Of a DNA stretch of 64,000 bases, positions 60,910-64,000 are shown piece after piece. Below the pieces are notes generated by a model. It ran no database searches. It was not told the DNA's origin and worked only from the letters and a program-made list of their open reading frames with translations. Origin of the DNA: Rhizodiscina lignyota (lineage: Eukaryota); the NCBI GenBank assembly GCA_010015805.1, contig ML978144.1, forward strand, positions 124,001 to 188,000, written 5' to 3'. How positions within the stretch are numbered: the stretch's first letter is position 1; the number at the start of each line of letters is the position of its first letter. Made by a program: the position numbers and the translations under genes.

Positions 60910-61812
60910 AGACTGGAGGTTCGTCTCGGCTGGCAATCCATTTCGGGTTTGGCGTTGGCGTTGGTACTTGGGTCTCCTCATAAATTGACTTTTTTTTTTC
61001 CTTTTTTCCTTTTTCCTTTTTTCCTTTTCAAAAATGACTGCTGGTGCTCGTTTCGTTTCGAGGGTGATGGGAGGTTGATAGACTAGGGGTTTAATAAATC
61101 GGGTGGCTGGTTTAATTTCGCTTAGCATCGTAACAAAAAGGATAATATCCCAACCTTGAGTGAAAACTTCTCCAATAACCTTACTCCGCACTCCGCCTAT
61201 GAGAAATGCAAAGAGCGTGAGAGCCCTCCGCGTCTCCAGCGATGTGGCGAGTGCGAGGATAGCTGGAGCAATTTGAGGGCTCACACCTACCCAAGTCTCC
61301 CTTCAAAGCACGTGGTATTCAACACATTTTCATTCTTGTCGGGTGTTGAGAGGCTACCCCTTAGCCTTGATACATCAGATGCACAATCTCTTTGATTAAG
61401 AGAGATCATGTTCACTGAAGCTATGCGATCTTAACATTTACTGCCTAAAGCATCTTGAATCGGACTTTCGGAGAGGCTCTCACCGAGCTTGAGGAGCGGA
61501 ACTTGATTTTGCTGCACCATTTCCTTCTCTGTCATGGCACATCTGTTCCTCACCCTTGCGATATTCTACATTGATCAAGGCCAAGGAGCCGGTTAGGCAA
61601 CAAACGGAGACTCTTGCCACTAACATATCGCAAAGATGGCTTCTATCGTGGCAGTTGACAGCATGTGCTTACTTCTAATGTCTGCTAATATGACATTGAC
61701 AGATTAAAACGTTTGCAACTGAGGTGGGCTATATTATTGTCATCATACGATTCAGCAAAGGCAGAAAGAAAGTTATCTGCCTACTAATAAGCTTTTGACC
61801 GGGGCCAATGCC

Positions 61813-62340
61813 TGGGTCAGACAATACGTTAGCCGACTCGCCCAAACGGCCAGTACTTAAAGCCACCCTATTCTGATGAATAGCGCGTATTCGAATAAGG
61901 ATTTCTCTTCTTTTACACAGTGTGGTGTGAGAGGATTCCGAGACACGCTGCCGCAGGCGGCTTCGGCCATCTCCAACCAAAACACCAAACTTTCTGGCCC
62001 CGGCCGTCTCCAACTATAAAACCATCCATTTTCATCAATCACATAGGCTTCGGCCGTGTTTTCTCCCTGACAAACCTCGCCAACAGTAACCACCTTCCAG
62101 GGTCTTACGCGATGAGCTTCAGTCCATCCTCAATCGTCACTCCATCCTTGCAATCCTCATTGGCTTCTCCACACAACTGCGGCGAGAAGCTCCCTGTCAT
62201 TGCGAGAGCAATGAAGAACCAAGTTTTCGGTTATCGCGTGGAGCTTTTCCGTGTGTCGTGGAAGGGATTGGGTCAGACAATACGTTAGTCGGCTGAGCCA
62301 AACAGCAGACATCCACTGCTATCCCATTCTTATGAACGTC
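61813..62340 (+). repeat. Dispersed direct duplication (~65 bp, exact 20-bp core), probably a gene relic
   Basis: tgggtcagacaatacgttag occurs at 61813 and 62269. The copies translate WVRQYVSRLAQTAST*SHPILMN and WVRQYVSRLSQTADIHCYPILMN. Confidence 0.7.
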
Positions 62341-62968
62341 GGGTTCTTATGGACAGCGTACGAGAATCACAGGAGACGCTAGAAAAGGCTGCATCCCTGG
62401 AAGAGGCAAGTGGGTGACAAAATAGTTGAGTCATGGTTGCAATATATCGAACAGCGAGGATGTATATCCTCAGTAGCTACTATATATTATAGATACTGAA
62501 GCTGCGCGTTTTGGACAAATGCGCGCTGGCGTATATTTAATGGAGCTTCCAGAGATGCTCTCGCTCCCCCTGAACAATGAAATTGCTTCTTACTGCAGCC
62601 TTTCAGTTAAGCGGGAGAGGAATCGATCTGCAATCTGTGGGGTACTCCAGACCTTGTTGCGCCACGACTGCAGCCAAGGCAACATGCAGCAGAACGCCAA
62701 TCAGGCAGCTCAACTTGCATCAGGAGCATCTCCTTGCAGAAACCGCATGGGGACATATGCGGCCAATTCGTATTGATGACTGGTTGGTAGCACAGATGCC
62801 CTTTTGCGCTCAGTATATCCGATGAGGTTACACTGGGATCGGCATATTCAGCTTTAGGCAGGTTGCTGCGGAGTAGAGTAAGGTCGTTTCAGCTACTAAT
62901 TAAATCTTTCTACAGCGCAATAATCGGGTTCACGTTTTGTCCCAGTGGCCCGATCTCGTTCATCAGCT

Positions 62969-64000
62969 ATGGAGAAGCATATCAAGGCCTCCGCGAGTAC
63001 ATTCGACGTCACAGTACCACGATTGGAGATCGTGGACAGCCAGGTTCGAGACACTGAGCAAAATGCGCAGCTCTATCGACAGATTGATTGGCATATCATG
63101 CCGCTCATGTTCCTCTGCTATTTTCTGCAGTTCCTCGACAAGGTCGTTCTCAACTATGCCAACATCATGGGCCTGACCACATCGCTGCACATGGATACCA
63201 ATCAATTCTCCTGGCTAGCATCAGCATTCTTCATCGCATATGCGGTAGCCGAGTTTCCGCAGGGCTACTTGCTCCAGAAGTTTCCAATCAGTAAGATCCT
63301 TGGGGTGAACGTCTTTCTCTGGGGCATCACACTCTGCTGCACAGCCGCTGCGAAGAGCTTTGCTAGTATTGCAGCACTGGGGGTCCTTCTCGGATGTTTT
63401 GAAGCCATCATTTCACCTGCACTAATCATGATCACTTCGCAATGGTACACGAAGAGAATGGGAACGCCTCGAGTGGGTATCTGGTATTGCGGTCTCGACG
63501 CCGGACAGATCATTGGAGGTCTGATATCGTTTGGTGCACAGCATGGCGATGCCACTGCGTCTTTTTCTGGCTGGCGTATCATGTTTGTGGCTGTCGGGGC
63601 GTTTAACATTCTTGTTGCTGTGGCGGTCATCCTCTTCTTGCCGAACAACGTGGACTCCGCCAGTTTTCTGTCAGAGGATGAGAAAGTTGCTATCCACGAC
63701 CTCTTGATACTCGATCAGGGTGGCAACGGCAAGAAGGTCTTCAAGTTTTGGTCCCTGTGGGAGACCGCCGCGGATCTACAAGTGTGGCTTCTCTTTATCC
63801 TTACTATCCTAATCGCGATTCCAAGCGGTGTCATCACCACATTCTCCGCCGTCCTCATCAAGGGCTTCGGTTACACAGCGAAACAGTCAGCTCTTCTCAA
63901 TATGCCCTCGGGTGCCGTCAGTATCTTTGCAACACTTATCTGCACGTTCGCAATTCTGAAGAACTTCCCGCGGTGGTTAGGAATTTGCGTCTTGATGGCG
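62969..64000 (+). CDS. MFS transporter, allantoate permease (Dal5/ACS) family, truncated by the window end
   Basis: RQIDWHIMPLMFLCYFLQFLDKVVLNYANIMGL, FSWLASAFFIAY..AEFPQGYLLQKFP, LLGCFEA..SPAL..ITSQWY and GWRIMF. The frame is open to 64000. Confidence 0.93.
   Translation, partial: MEKHIKASASTFDVTVPRLEIVDSQVRDTEQNAQLYRQIDWHIMPLMFLCYFLQFLDKVVLNYANIMGLTTSLHMDTNQFSWLASAFFIAYAVAEFPQGYLLQKFPISKILGVNVFLWGITLCCTAAAKSFASIAALGVLLGCFEAIISPALIMITSQWYTKRMGTPRVGIWYCGLDAGQIIGGLISFGAQHGDATASFSGWRIMFVAVGAFNILVAVAVILFLPNNVDSASFLSEDEKVAIHDLLILDQGGNGKKVFKFWSLWETAADLQVWLLFILTILIAIPSGVITTFSAVLIKGFGYTAKQSALLNMPSGAVSIFATLICTFAILKNFPRWLGICVLMA

Noticed and set aside
61835..61875. cggccagtacttaaagccac, faintly like part of fungal 5S rRNA
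   Set aside because: The rest of the ~120-nt 5S sequence is absent, and the segment is better explained as part of the duplicated coding relic.

Overview
Eukaryotic DNA from a filamentous ascomycete (Pezizomycotina, probably a Dothideomycete). The evidence is short GT-AG introns with CTAAC/CTGAC branch sites, a Zn2Cys6 factor and RPL39. The window has two halves. The left ~32 kb is an accessory-looking island dominated by seven highly divergent paralogues (A-G) of one uncharacterised protein family, plus an eighth decayed inverted copy. The paralogues share a collinear core: (T/S)xxNLP...PxxIxS...G-W/Y...G...D(I)xxR...RWR/RVR/RYR...W...QP. Five of them also share a phase-1 intron just before that core. 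Interleaved with them are an orphan UstYa/DUF3328 oxidase, a HAD hydrolase, a pogo/Fot1 transposase relic, a small stand-alone I9-propeptide-like gene with a GC-AG intron, a GC-rich structured ncRNA candidate and several minisatellites. The right half holds core and metabolic genes: NTA1-like amidase, COQ8/ABC1, RPL39, a glycine-zipper protein and a GH35 beta-galactosidase. These are followed by a putative catabolic cluster (family III CoA-transferase, two SDRs, Zn2Cys6 TF, aldo-keto reductase and an intronless, strongly bacterial-looking alpha/beta hydrolase), an acidic hypothetical protein and a Dal5-type MFS transporter running off the right end. Gene models were built by eye, so exon boundaries are approximate. 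No database searches were run.
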